A stretch of DNA of 64,000 nt from Candidatus Nomurabacteria bacterium (GCA_020632215.1 JACKFZ010000002.1:8701-72700); one strand, 5' to 3'. Counted from the first letter of the stretch, positions 9,631 to 19,567 are shown. Notes: generated by a model not told the origin, from the sequence alone. Made by a program: numbers and translations.

Positions 9631-9760
9631 GATTAGTCAATAGTAAATAGTTAATAGTTAATAGTCAAACTAAGTTAGCGGATAATAGTCAGCCATCAGT
9701 TTAATATTAAAAAGTAATTTATGACCTCTCGATACCGACCGCTGATAGTTGATCACTTTT

Positions 9761-11077
9761 TTATCGGCTTCTTCTTTTTTTCTTTTTAGCCACTTTCTCT
9801 GTTTCAATCTTGACCATCTGCTCCAATCTCCTAATGTCTGCAAGTAATTTTGGTCGATCTTTGTTAACCATAATTACATTGAAGACACTTTTGCCTCCAT
9901 TTTTAGCATATGTAGCTTTATCACCAATTTTCTTATTTTGCATCAAAGTATGCATGGATTTTAACTCCTGTGCCTTCTTCAAACCTTTAATATTTTTGAT
10001 AATGCCTTCTTCTTTGGCAAAGAATTTTAGAAAAGCAGAATGAGCTTTGATTTTTCGCGGAATTTTTGGAGTCTTTGGAATAGTAATATCTACAGAGTTG
10101 GCTAAATGCTTGATGCCGTAAGACAATTCGTATAGTTCCGCTCGATAACCTCCAACTCTCGCCCCAATCTCAACAATGAACCATTCTTTATCTCTCTTTA
10201 GTAGCTCCGCATGAAAAGGTATGCTTCTCAGACCTAGTGCACGGACACCTTTTTCTGCAACTTCTTCTGCATCTCTAATGGTTTCTTTGCTTAAATTAGT
10301 TGGTGTGATTTGTTGATATCCAAAAAAGTCATCAAACCCTATCTGCTTGCCAGTTTTTATTGCCATCATTGGGCAAAAATAGATCATACCTCTAGAGTTT
10401 ATATATCCATCAATCGAATACATTTCTCCTTCTATAAACTGTTCGACTAATACTTCTGGATCATTCCTTTGTCCACCTGCATCTTTATAAATAGCTTTTA
10501 TCTTTCGGAAAACTTGAGAAAGATTTTTTTCCAACTCCTCTCTATGAAAAACAACACTAACCAATAAACTTTGTGCTAGGCCAGAAGGCTTTATCACCAA
10601 AGGAAATTGAATCTTCTTTTCTATGGCAGATAAAGTCGTTTTCTTTTTATCCTTAACAAGCATAAATTTTGGAGTAATTTTTTTGTCATATGCAGAAAAC
10701 TTTCTTCTCATTTGATACTTATTAGTAGACCAAAGCAATGAATCCGTAGTAGGTGTTCGAAGATATGGAATATGTGGCACCACTTTTCTAAAATTCAAGA
10801 TCTGAGATTCAATTCTGCAAAAAGCAGCGGCTAGTTGATCTTGAAAAGGTTTGATTGCATTAAAAATAGAGTCGGAAGAATCATAGTTGCAAGAGACAAC
10901 ATGGTCAAATTTCTTCAAAACTGCTCGGTCTTCGCGACCAGCATTCTTTTGATCATACATCAACATAAACTTATAGGTACGTTGGTGACGCTCTTTAATT
11001 TGCTTCAAAACTTTTAATATCCCCTCTTGAGGAACATCGATAAGCAGTATGATATTTTTTTTCTTTTTTCTTGGCAT
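9761..11077 (-). CDS. ATP-grasp domain protein (carboxylate-amine ligase-like)
   Basis: Central PLVIKPSGLAQS...EQFIEGEMYSIDGY...FIVEIGARVGGY resembles the ATP-grasp ATP-binding and catalytic segments. Basic tails at both termini. Confidence 0.5.
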   Translation of the reverse strand: MPRKKKKNIILLIDVPQEGILKVLKQIKERHQRTYKFMLMYDQKNAGREDRAVLKKFDHVVSCNYDSSDSIFNAIKPFQDQLAAAFCRIESQILNFRKVVPHIPYLRTPTTDSLLWSTNKYQMRRKFSAYDKKITPKFMLVKDKKKTTLSAIEKKIQFPLVIKPSGLAQSLLVSVVFHREELEKNLSQVFRKIKAIYKDAGGQRNDPEVLVEQFIEGEMYSIDGYINSRGMIYFCPMMAIKTGKQIGFDDFFGYQQITPTNLSKETIRDAEEVAEKGVRALGLRSIPFHAELLKRDKEWFIVEIGARVGGYRAELYELSYGIKHLANSVDITIPKTPKIPRKIKAHSAFLKFFAKEEGIIKNIKGLKKAQELKSMHTLMQNKKIGDKATYAKNGGKSVFNVIMVNKDRPKLLADIRRLEQMVKIETEKVAKKKKRRSR

Positions 11078-11358
11078 TATTATTGAAATAATTAAAGGCT
11101 AGACCAACCCGAACCGCGTAGCAATTTTAGATTGGCATAAAAAAAGCTGCTCTCTAGAGCAGTTGCCAATATGATGCCTCCGCAAGATTCTTTTGTCAAT
11201 AGTATCTGTGGATGAATCCTTCATTTCTTTTTCATTAAAAAATCATATCTATGATATAATTCGGCCATGTCCGATGTATTTTAATCGGGCTTTAATTTTC
11301 TAAGTTATTTTTTAGAAAATTAGGCGTAAGCCTTTTATCATTAACCTCACAATATTTA

Positions 11359-11513
11359 TGTCAGACGACATGCAAAATGATGGTTCTTCAGTACCAATGG
11401 CGGACCAAAGTGGAGACATGCCACAACCAGACAGTGGTGAGGGGTCAGCAACTCCTGATACTGCTGCACCTTCAGAAGAAGGTAGCGATGCTTCTCCAGA
11501 AGCAGCAATGTAG
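11359..11513 (+). CDS. Small acidic low-complexity ORF (51 aa) upstream of infC; possible leader peptide
   Basis: The ATG..TAG ORF encodes MSDDMQNDGSSVPMADQSGDMPQPDSGEGSATPDTAAPSEEGSDASPEAAM. A hairpin with a T-run follows directly. No clear Shine-Dalgarno sequence. It is below the 60-aa cutoff of the ORF track. Confidence 0.2.
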
Positions 11514-11534
11514 TATCAAAGCATGCTTATAAGT

Positions 11535-11580
11535 CCCACGTGATCCGGCTAAACCGGACTTTACGTGGGGTTTTTATATT
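11535..11580 (+). terminator. Rho-independent terminator/attenuator hairpin preceding infC
   Basis: cccacgtgatccggctaaaccggactttacgtgggg followed by tttttatatt. Stem CCCACGT/ACGTGGG. Confidence 0.5.
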
Positions 11581-11662
11581 AAAAAAGTATTGAAAAATGA
11601 AGATTCTGTGATATATTCACTGGGCACAAATAATTCATTAGTTTTAACTAAACAAAGATAAA

Positions 11663-12196
11663 TTGAGAAATAATTTTAAGAAACAAGAACCAAAAACTCG
11701 CATCAACGAAATGATCAGAGCGGAGGTTCTTCGTGTTATTGGAGCAAATGGAGAAAATCTTGGTGAAATATCAAAAAAAGAGGCTCTAGAACAAGCTCGT
11801 GAAGCTGAACTAGACCTAATAGAAATCTCCCCGAATGCAACCCCGCCAGTTGCAAAAATAATGGATTATGGTAAGTTTCAGTACGACCAAAAGAAGAAGC
11901 AAAAGGTTCAAAAAGCCAAAGCCCACAACGTAGAAGTCAAAAGTGTCCAGGTCAAAGTTGGCACGGACGAAAATGATCTTTCTATAAAAGCTAAAAGAGT
12001 TTCTGTGTGGCTAAACGAAGGACATCGAGTCAAAATAGAGTTATTCTTACCAGGTAGAACTAAGTATCTGGAAAAAGATTTTCTAAATGATAGACTAAAT
12101 CGAATACTTAAACTTCTGACTGTGGAATTCAATGTTACAGAAGAAGCTAAGAAAAATCCAAAAGGCCTGTATACAATAATAGAAAGAAAAAGGTAA
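11663..12196 (+). CDS. infC: Translation initiation factor IF-3
   Basis: RINEMIRAEVLRVIGANGENLGEISKKEALEQAREAELDLIEISPNATPPVAKIMDYGKFQY is a typical IF-3 N-domain/linker. It is followed by rpmI and rplT, the conserved infC-rpmI-rplT order. Confidence 0.9.
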   Translation: MRNNFKKQEPKTRINEMIRAEVLRVIGANGENLGEISKKEALEQAREAELDLIEISPNATPPVAKIMDYGKFQYDQKKKQKVQKAKAHNVEVKSVQVKVGTDENDLSIKAKRVSVWLNEGHRVKIELFLPGRTKYLEKDFLNDRLNRILKLLTVEFNVTEEAKKNPKGLYTIIERKR

Positions 12197-12201
12197 TTAT
12201 T

Positions 12202-12387
12202 ATGAAAACAAATAAATCATTTAAAAAAAGACTAAAAGTCACAAAAAATGGAAAAGTGTTAGCCAGAAAATCTGGTCAGAACCATTTCAATGCCAAAGAA
12301 AGTGGCCAAACTGGTCTAAAGAAAAAGAGAACTCAAAAAGTTCACATGTCTAATAAGGCAAAAAGTCGATTCCTAGCTGGAGTCTAA
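12202..12387 (+). CDS. rpmI: 50S ribosomal protein L35
   Basis: 61-aa basic protein whose position between infC and rplT and pattern KKRLKVTKNGKV...KKKRTQ are as expected for L35. Confidence 0.85.
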   Translation: MKTNKSFKKRLKVTKNGKVLARKSGQNHFNAKESGQTGLKKKRTQKVHMSNKAKSRFLAGV

Positions 12388-12424
12388 CTTTTAATTATCA
12401 ATTTTAAATTATTAATTACTTTAT

Positions 12425-12772
12425 ATGACAAGAGTAAAAAAAGGAAAAAATGCTATCAAGAATAGAAGAACTGTCCTTTCAATGGCTAAAGGTTTTCGAC
12501 ATGGAAGAAAAAGTAAAGAAAGACTAGCGATAGAAGCCATCAAGCATGCTGGTAAACACTCTTTCAACGACAGACGAAAGAAAAAGTCAGACTTTAGAGG
12601 ACTCTGGATCACCAGACTAAATGCCGCTCTGAGACTAGAAGGAGAAAGCTATAGTAAATTCTTTGGAAAAGTAAGTAAGAAAGGGATAAAGCTAAATAGA
12701 AAGACCTTGTCAGAAATAGCGTTAGATCACCCAGATAGTTTCAAACGAGTAGTAGCAGAAGTTAATAAATAA
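12425..12772 (+). CDS. rplT: 50S ribosomal protein L20
   Basis: MTRVKKGKNAIKNRRTVLSMAKGFRHGRKS...DRRKKKSDFRGLWITRLNAALR matches the L20 consensus. Confidence 0.9.
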   Translation: MTRVKKGKNAIKNRRTVLSMAKGFRHGRKSKERLAIEAIKHAGKHSFNDRRKKKSDFRGLWITRLNAALRLEGESYSKFFGKVSKKGIKLNRKTLSEIALDHPDSFKRVVAEVNK

Positions 12773-12775
12773 AAA

Positions 12776-12812
12776 ATAAACCCCTCGAGAAGAGGGGGTT
12801 TATTTCAGACTA
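12776..12812. terminator. Bidirectional intrinsic terminator between rplT (+) and the NUDIX gene (-)
   Basis: aaaaataaacccctcgagaagagggggtttatttc has stem CCCCTC/GAGGGG with A/T runs on both sides. Confidence 0.7.
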
Positions 12813-13387
12813 TCAAACACCTCCGTCAGATTAGTCAGATATGAGGTAAAAGTCTTTTCTAAATGAGGAAACATCTTTTCATATTCATCCTTATAAATGA
12901 CCAAATCCTCTTTTCCCTCTTTCAACCATTTATCGAGAGTATCAATGTGGACCCACTTCACCTTTTCTACCTCCTTTCCTATATTTTTTAAATCAGCATT
13001 GTCTATATCTTTTCTAACAAGAAAAACATCGCTGAACTCATTATTGATATAAGTATTATTATTCCTGGTTGTCTGTCTTTTTTCCTGAAATAAAAACCAA
13101 ACTTCATTTGGATCTAAAGTAATACCGATTTCTTCCTTAGCCTCTCTGATAACACAATCATTAACATTTTCTCCAGATTCAACATGTCCAGAAACCGATA
13201 AATCCCATTTGCCCTTATTACTTCTCAGCCAATCTGCCCTTTTTTGTAGCAACACCTCATTACTACTATTCACAATCCAAACATGAATAGATTTGTGCCA
13301 CAGACCCAAACCATGAACATCATCACGATTCCTAACTCCTCCTGTTAGATTACCCGTATTGTCTAAAATATCAATTAATTCACTCAT
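12800..13387 (-). CDS. NUDIX hydrolase
   Basis: Nudix box GHVESGENVNDCVIREAKEEIGI. Confidence 0.7.
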   Translation of the reverse strand: MSELIDILDNTGNLTGGVRNRDDVHGLGLWHKSIHVWIVNSSNEVLLQKRADWLRSNKGKWDLSVSGHVESGENVNDCVIREAKEEIGITLDPNEVWFLFQEKRQTTRNNNTYINNEFSDVFLVRKDIDNADLKNIGKEVEKVKWVHIDTLDKWLKEGKEDLVIYKDEYEKMFPHLEKTFTSYLTNLTEVFDSLK

Positions 13388-14748
13388 AGCTCGTAAGTCT
13401 GATTGATCTCTGGTACCACAGCATTAACATCTAGATTATCTCTAATCTTTTGTGCTAAAAACATAGAAGATTTTGGTTCTCCCATAACTACAAAAACTTT
13501 CTTGTATTGCTCAGCACCATGAGAAACAAACTCCAAAAGTCCATCAGAATCACAATGGGAAGAATATCCATCTATAGAAATTATTTCAGCATTTATATTT
13601 ACTTCTTCATTATTAATAAAAACTTTTTTCTGACCTTCTTTGATTTTTCTACCAAGAGTGCCCGCAACTTGGTAACCAATAACCAGCAAAGCATTTCTTC
13701 TGTTTGGTAATAATTTTTTCTCATGTTCTGTAATGCGTCCTCCCTCACTCATCCCAGAACCAGCGATCAAAACAAAAGGTGGTTTAGTATTATAAATATC
13801 TCTCGACTGGTCTGCCTTCAAAGTCATTGATAACTTTGGAAAATCAAATATATCATCACCACTTTTGATCTCTTTTTGAACATTGTCATTATAGTGACTC
13901 AGATATTTTGCATAGACACTAGTAATTTTTATACCCAATGGAGAATCTAAAAAAACTGGCACACTTTTGACTTGTCCACCCTCTATCAAATTATCAAGCT
14001 CGTGCAGCAACACCTGTGTTTTTTCTATTGAAAAAACAGGAATAACCATTACACCACCTCTATCGATAACCCTATTCAAGGCTACTTTTAGTTTCTCAGT
14101 CCTCATTTCTTTCTCTTCGTGGTTACGATCGCCATATACACTTTCAATCACCAGATAATCAGCATCAGTCACTTTTTCTGTATCTCTTAACAAAGGTGTT
14201 GGAGAATTTCCCAAATCACCCGTAAAAGCAATCTTTTTGCCAGAACTTTTATCAGTTATTTCAAAAATAGCAGATCCGAGAATATGCCCAGCATCTTTGG
14301 CAAAAATAGCAAAGCTACCAATGTCAAACACTTGATGATAATCAAGTGTTTGCCACAGAGACAAAGTCTTTTCTATATCTTTTTCGTCATAAAGAGGTTC
14401 TTTATTATTTCTCTTAGACTCAACACTAGAAATCTTCAGGGCATCTTCGAACATATATTTAGCAATATCTAAAGTTGGAGCAGTAGAAAATATTTTTCCT
14501 TTGAAACCGTCTTTCACTAACTTTCCTATTCTGCCTATATGATCAAGATGAGCGTGAGTAACTAATAGATAATCAATCTCAGCAGGATTATATTTAAAAT
14601 CTTCCCTGTTTGGATCCTTATCTCTAAAGTATCCTTGCACCAAACCACAATCAATCAAGATCTTGGTCATTGCATTTTCCAGAAGAAAATTAGCACCTGT
14701 TACCGTACCAACTCCACCAAAAAAAGTTAGTTTTAGTTTATTCGACAT
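13384..14748 (-). CDS. MBL-fold beta-CASP family RNA-metabolising metallo-hydrolase (CPSF/RNase J-like)
   Basis: HxHxDH motif VTHAHLDHIGRIG. The size of about 450 aa and the downstream D/H motifs match the beta-CASP architecture. Confidence 0.65.
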   Translation of the reverse strand: MSNKLKLTFFGGVGTVTGANFLLENAMTKILIDCGLVQGYFRDKDPNREDFKYNPAEIDYLLVTHAHLDHIGRIGKLVKDGFKGKIFSTAPTLDIAKYMFEDALKISSVESKRNNKEPLYDEKDIEKTLSLWQTLDYHQVFDIGSFAIFAKDAGHILGSAIFEITDKSSGKKIAFTGDLGNSPTPLLRDTEKVTDADYLVIESVYGDRNHEEKEMRTEKLKVALNRVIDRGGVMVIPVFSIEKTQVLLHELDNLIEGGQVKSVPVFLDSPLGIKITSVYAKYLSHYNDNVQKEIKSGDDIFDFPKLSMTLKADQSRDIYNTKPPFVLIAGSGMSEGGRITEHEKKLLPNRRNALLVIGYQVAGTLGRKIKEGQKKVFINNEEVNINAEIISIDGYSSHCDSDGLLEFVSHGAEQYKKVFVVMGEPKSSMFLAQKIRDNLDVNAVVPEINQTYEL

Positions 14749-15151
14749 TGTTATTAGATTTTAATATTTTTAATTTAAAATACAAAAAACTTAAAGTAGC
14801 TCCTACCATATCCATCACAATATCACTGATTGTATCTAGTTGATCTTTCAATACATCTGTCAAACCAACAAATACCTCCCAAAGTTCCCAAATCAATCCA
14901 ACAATCAGCACTGATCCAATGGTAATAAAAAATACATAAAAAAAATGAGACTGATCTAAATTAGAAAAACCTGAAGTATAAAATATGAAAAGAAATAGAA
15001 AACCTAGAGATAATCCCCCTAATCCATGCATTAAGATATCAAACCAATCCACGGTCCAATAAAGGAATAATACAAGAGCTATTTTGTGCAAAATAGCTAC
15101 CAAAATAAGAGTTAAAAATACTTCTTTGAAAAGTGGTTTCTGAAAAATCAT
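14738..15151 (-). CDS. Small polytopic membrane protein, hypothetical
   Basis: 137 aa with 4 hydrophobic helices. Its stop overlaps the start of the downstream MBL gene by 11 nt, which suggests co-transcription. Confidence 0.4.
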   Translation of the reverse strand: MIFQKPLFKEVFLTLILVAILHKIALVLFLYWTVDWFDILMHGLGGLSLGFLFLFIFYTSGFSNLDQSHFFYVFFITIGSVLIVGLIWELWEVFVGLTDVLKDQLDTISDIVMDMVGATLSFLYFKLKILKSNNNVE

Positions 15152-15327
15152 ACTGATATTCTACCAACTGTATTAAATACTGCTACCAGCAATAGCTCAG
15201 CTCCTATTTATTTTAAATAATAGTAAAAATATGGCTAAAATTAATAGTTTTTTGCTTTATCGTGCCCCACATCTTCGGACTTGACTTTGTATTCAAAAAA
15301 TGCTACAATATTGTTATTAAAAGGTAA

Positions 15328-17118
15328 ATGAATTATATGAAAAAATTATCATTAGTATTATCAATAGTTGCACTAACAATTGCTTTTACGCCAGTAAACA
15401 AAGCTGAAGCTGCTCCAGAATGTACACTTACAGCTGATTCTAGCGCCGGAGAATATATTGTTAACTTTAGCGGTAAAACAATCTTTAGTAATGCAAGTCC
15501 TGGTTCTATTAAAACAGAAAATCTTAGTATTCCGGCCGGTACTTACAACCTAACTGCTGTAACATGGGATAACCATTCATCACACGGTGGTCAAGGACAA
15601 ACAGCAGAAAAAGTTAAGTTCATTGCCTCAAACAATGGGACAAAGCTTTTCACAACTTCAGCAACCAAAGACATCGCTGAGTCAAAAAACTTCCAAACAA
15701 CAACCTTTGGTTCGAGTTATACTGCAAACAATACAATCACTACTCTTGTAGCAACTCACGCTGCACGTGGTACAGGAAATTACCAAAGTGTTGTACCACT
15801 TTGTGTGAAATTTACACCAGTATCTACTCCCCCACCAAGTCCAGATGTACAAGTTTCTTGTGACGCTTCACCTTCATCAGTACAAACAGGTCAAACTGTA
15901 ACTTGGGATGCGGATGCTTCAGGTGGTAATGGTTCATATACTTACTCTTGGACTGGCGCTGTAACTAGCTCGAACGAATCCCCTACTTCATCATATAGTT
16001 CGACTGGAACAAAAACAGCTACTGTCACTGTAACATCTGGAGGGAAAACAGCTTCTGCTACATGTTCTGTAAATGTAAGCTCAACACCTTCTAATGATTT
16101 GCAAGTTTCTTGTGACGCTTCACCTTCATCAGTACAAACAGGTCAAACTGTAACTTGGGATGCGGATGCTTCAGGTGGTAATGGTTCATATACTTACTCT
16201 TGGTCATCTGGATCAAGTAATGAGCACTTTACAAACTCATACAGCTCAACTGGAACAAGAACTCAGACAGTTACAGTCACATCTGGCTCTCAAACAAAAT
16301 CAGCTACATGTTCTGTAAATGTAACAAACAACTCATCAAGTAGCTTTGATGTAACATGTAGAGCGAGTGATACTAGAATCGAAGAAGGTGACTCTGTAAC
16401 TTTTACAGCTGATGTTGATGGTGGTGACTCTCCTTTCGATTACGATTGGAACGGTGATATTTCTGGAGACAGCAGAAGTGAAACTGTTAGATTTACACGA
16501 AGTGGTAGATATGATGTAGAAGTGACAGTTACTGACGACAACGGACAAAGACGAACTGATAGCTGTCCTGTAATAGTAGTAGAAGATCCAGAAAACGATG
16601 ATCTGGATGTCGTCTGTAGAGTTTCAGATACTTCGATTAATTCAGGAGACAGAGTAACTTTTACAGCTGACGTTGATGGTGGTAATTCTCCTTACGACTA
16701 TGATTGGCGAGGTGATATATCTGGAAATGACAGAACAGAGAGCGTACGATTCAGCAGAGACGGTAGATACGAAGTAAGAGTTACTGTAGAAGATGATGAT
16801 GGTAATAGAGCTTCTGACACTTGTCCTGTAGTTCGAGTGACCAATGAAGTAACTACTGGTCAATATCTTTTAAACACTACTACTTTCTACGATAACCCTC
16901 CTTCTGCTCCTCTTTCATCATTAAGCTCAGTATATCTATCACAGATCCCTTATACAGGGGCAAAAGAAGTCCTAACAATTATTGGATACATTGCCCTAGT
17001 ATTTGTATGGAGCGCAGGAATACTATATTTCCTAGCAAGACGAAAAAGTAAGAAAGCAAAGACTAATAGTATCGAAGCATTCAAGAATGCAAACAAACAA
17101 GCAGTAGTTATCGAATAA
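15328..17118 (+). CDS. Secreted PKD/Ig-like repeat surface protein with C-terminal LPxTG-like (IPYTG) sorting signal
   Basis: Signal peptide MKKLSLVLSIVALTIAFTPVNKAEA. Two near-identical internal domains (DVQVSCDASPSSVQTGQTVTWDADASGGNGSYTYSW..., twice) and two further related domains (TFTADVDGG.SP.DYDW.GDISG). C-terminal IPYTG, then a hydrophobic helix, then RRKSKKAK. A strong terminator follows. Confidence 0.6.
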   Translation: MNYMKKLSLVLSIVALTIAFTPVNKAEAAPECTLTADSSAGEYIVNFSGKTIFSNASPGSIKTENLSIPAGTYNLTAVTWDNHSSHGGQGQTAEKVKFIASNNGTKLFTTSATKDIAESKNFQTTTFGSSYTANNTITTLVATHAARGTGNYQSVVPLCVKFTPVSTPPPSPDVQVSCDASPSSVQTGQTVTWDADASGGNGSYTYSWTGAVTSSNESPTSSYSSTGTKTATVTVTSGGKTASATCSVNVSSTPSNDLQVSCDASPSSVQTGQTVTWDADASGGNGSYTYSWSSGSSNEHFTNSYSSTGTRTQTVTVTSGSQTKSATCSVNVTNNSSSSFDVTCRASDTRIEEGDSVTFTADVDGGDSPFDYDWNGDISGDSRSETVRFTRSGRYDVEVTVTDDNGQRRTDSCPVIVVEDPENDDLDVVCRVSDTSINSGDRVTFTADVDGGNSPYDYDWRGDISGNDRTESVRFSRDGRYEVRVTVEDDDGNRASDTCPVVRVTNEVTTGQYLLNTTTFYDNPPSAPLSSLSSVYLSQIPYTGAKEVLTIIGYIALVFVWSAGILYFLARRKSKKAKTNSIEAFKNANKQAVVIE

Positions 17119-17130
17119 TAAATAAACCTC

Positions 17131-17166
17131 TTCTCTCCCCGCCGCGTCAAACGCGGCGGGGTTTTT
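17131..17166 (+). terminator. Rho-independent terminator
   Basis: ccccgccgcgtcaaacgcggcgggg followed by tttttatat. Confidence 0.75.
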
Positions 17167-17223
17167 ATATAAAAAAAGCCACGCCTCAGCGTAGCCACAA
17201 CCTCCTTTCTTTAGTTTGATTTG

Positions 17224-17667
17224 TTACCAAGAATAGCCGAATATTTCTGGCATCTTAACTCTCATAACAGTTGTCCTATCTGGCATCACGACATAGAAGC
17301 AAGATAGATGTTCGCATTCCGCAGACAATTCTGACTGAACAACCGTAGCCGACAGTGTTTTCAGCATTGCTATAATTAGCTTCTTTTCCTCGGTGTTCTG
17401 CAGAAAATCTGCCTGTAATTTCGTAACATTAACTTCTGTGGCATTGGATATTTCTTCTGTTATGTACCATTCAGGATACTGACTGTTATCCTCAATCATA
17501 GTCCACAAGGTTTGAAGTCTAGCCAAGATTTTGCAAGAACGTGGACTAACACGACCAACAGGTTCTCCATTTACAGTACGCCAAGTGACAAGTTTATCGT
17601 CAGGTAATTCAGAAATTTCACGCACTCCGCTGAGCACGTCCAACAAGATGAAAAAAAGAGCACGCAT
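17224..17667 (-). CDS. Hypothetical protein in a compositionally atypical, higher-GC island
   Basis: 147-aa ORF. Its codon composition differs from the neighbouring genes. No domain was recognised. Confidence 0.35.
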   Translation of the reverse strand: MRALFFILLDVLSGVREISELPDDKLVTWRTVNGEPVGRVSPRSCKILARLQTLWTMIEDNSQYPEWYITEEISNATEVNVTKLQADFLQNTEEKKLIIAMLKTLSATVVQSELSAECEHLSCFYVVMPDRTTVMRVKMPEIFGYSW

Positions 17668-18017
17668 TTGCTTGATATTACTTATTGTATGTTTTTAGTC
17701 AAGCAAAAACAAAAACCCCTGTTTTCACAGAGGCTCTTGTGTCGTCCGGCGATAAACCTAGTCAAACTAGGTGGGCAACTTGAACTTTAAACCAAGATTT
17801 AAAGTTAGACAGTCAGCCCTAAAAATTTAATAATTAGATTATTCGCCGGACTGTACTTCAATTATACTCCTTAAAAGTTTTTGCAATACTTGTAAAAACT
17901 TTTTTTCGTTTCGTAATTTTAATATCTGATATATCTGTCATATTTTGTTTGTTTTGACAAATATATCTAAATTGGTTAATCTCAGAACAGAAACAAATAG
18001 TCCAATCCATTTCTTCC

Positions 18018-18485
18018 ATGAAAATAGATTTTTTACCGGATTATTACATATTAGTAATTAAGTCAACCAATCATTGGCCCTCTTCAGCGGCTCTAAAGGA
18101 ATTTTTCCAAAGTATACAGATCACGGCAACGAACGTACCAAAAAAAGGCTCTATGATAAGCCTATCTGGAATCAAATACAATCAAAAATTCTTGCTAATT
18201 GAAGGGCTTTTCTTTGCTAAAATGAATCCAGAAATGGTTACCTCGACGAAAATCAATTTCGAATTTGACCAAAATGGTGTATCCATCACCATAACAGTCG
18301 GCAATGTGGTTAAGACCAGTAGAGTCTCTAGAGACATACTGAGTTTAGCCTACAACGCGAGCGAACCAACTCCATATCAAGCACCAGTTCAAATTCCTGA
18401 GTGGAAATTTCGAATGTGGAGGATGCAACTGAAAATCCGCCGTTTCTGGCGGATAATCAAAAACATTTTCGGGTTTCGATGCTAG
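18018..18485 (+). CDS. Hypothetical protein (same island)
   Basis: 155-aa ORF with no recognisable domain. It ends 20 nt before the ndk stop, on the opposite strand. Confidence 0.3.
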   Translation: MKIDFLPDYYILVIKSTNHWPSSAALKEFFQSIQITATNVPKKGSMISLSGIKYNQKFLLIEGLFFAKMNPEMVTSTKINFEFDQNGVSITITVGNVVKTSRVSRDILSLAYNASEPTPYQAPVQIPEWKFRMWRMQLKIRRFWRIIKNIFGFRC

Positions 18486-18505
18486 AATCGGACCCACCCT
18501 TTTAT

Positions 18506-19108
18506 CTACTCTAGTAACCCATCGAGGTTTACATCGTAAAGAATTTCTTCTTGTATCAATCTATACTTCAAAAGTTCCTCTTCGCTGAACCAATGTGGTA
18601 ATTCTTGATTTGCCTCTTCTACTGAACCTGAAGCATGTATAAGGTTTCTAACAGCTCTTTGATCTGTATCTGCCATTTGATATGAATCTAAGACAAAATC
18701 ACCTCTAATAGTTCCAACATCTGATGAAAGTGGCTCTGTTCCTCCCACAATCTTTCTAACAATACCCACAGAGTGTGCACCTTGCCATGCCATGACTACA
18801 ACTGGACCAGAAGCTATGTAGTTCACCAGAACATCAATAACCTTATCCCCTACTTCTTCAGGATTTTCTGATGGTGGTTGTTGTCCTTTTTTCTTATAAC
18901 TTTCAATAGCTTTTTCTCCCACTTTTTTCTTCCATTCTGGGTCTATAGAGTAATGAGCTCTAACATGATCTTCTGCTGGAACAATCATTTTCATTCCTAT
19001 AAGCTTTAAACCAACTCTCTCTAGCCTACCTATAATCTCCCCTATTAATGATCTTTGAACACCATCTGGCTTTATGATCACAAGTGTTTTTTCATCTTTA
19101 AAATCCAT
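18506..19108 (-). CDS. ndk: Nucleoside diphosphate kinase
   Basis: LVIIKPDGVQRSLIGEIIGRLERVGLKLIGMKM and the active-site region NLIHASGSVEEANQEL (NxxHGSD-type). It carries an internal insertion of about 50 aa relative to canonical 140-aa NDKs. Confidence 0.85.
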   Translation of the reverse strand: MDFKDEKTLVIIKPDGVQRSLIGEIIGRLERVGLKLIGMKMIVPAEDHVRAHYSIDPEWKKKVGEKAIESYKKKGQQPPSENPEEVGDKVIDVLVNYIASGPVVVMAWQGAHSVGIVRKIVGGTEPLSSDVGTIRGDFVLDSYQMADTDQRAVRNLIHASGSVEEANQELPHWFSEEELLKYRLIQEEILYDVNLDGLLE

Positions 19109-19282
19109 AACAATTTTTTATTAAATAAATTAAGTGCAAAAACTATATCAGATAATAGTAAATAGTAAATAGTAAATAGTAAGTAGTGCTCAGTTTCCAG
19201 GTGTCAAAAAACCGAAGTAGTTGTCATTCCCGCGGAGGCGGGAATCCCGTACAAACTTAGGTATTATTATTGCCACTTTTTT

Positions 19283-19567
19283 CTAATCAAATTGTATGAC
19301 AAAAAATCCTTTGTCTGCTAACTCTGGTTGCTGTTCTTTCCATTGCTTCCAATCAATCTTAGCAACATACCTTACTTGCTTTTCAATAAACCTTCCAGAT
19401 GGTTTTCTATCTTTTCCTTCTCCAACCCATTCTTCTAAACGTAAAATGTCCCCATCTTCAATCACGAAATCAGCCAACCGAAGCTCGAACTTCTTTTTGC
19501 CAGACAATATCATATCGAACCATTCTGTATCGATTTTTTTAGTAATAGTTTTCATAATGTGTATCAA
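19283..19567 (-). CDS. DUF3850/ASCH-like (PUA-fold) small protein
   Basis: TEWFDMILSGKKKFELRLADFVIEDGDILRLEEW matches the DUF3850 pattern (ExF..v..G.KtFElR.nDRdf.vGD.L.L.E). Confidence 0.5.
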   Translation of the reverse strand: MIHIMKTITKKIDTEWFDMILSGKKKFELRLADFVIEDGDILRLEEWVGEGKDRKPSGRFIEKQVRYVAKIDWKQWKEQQPELADKGFFVIQFD

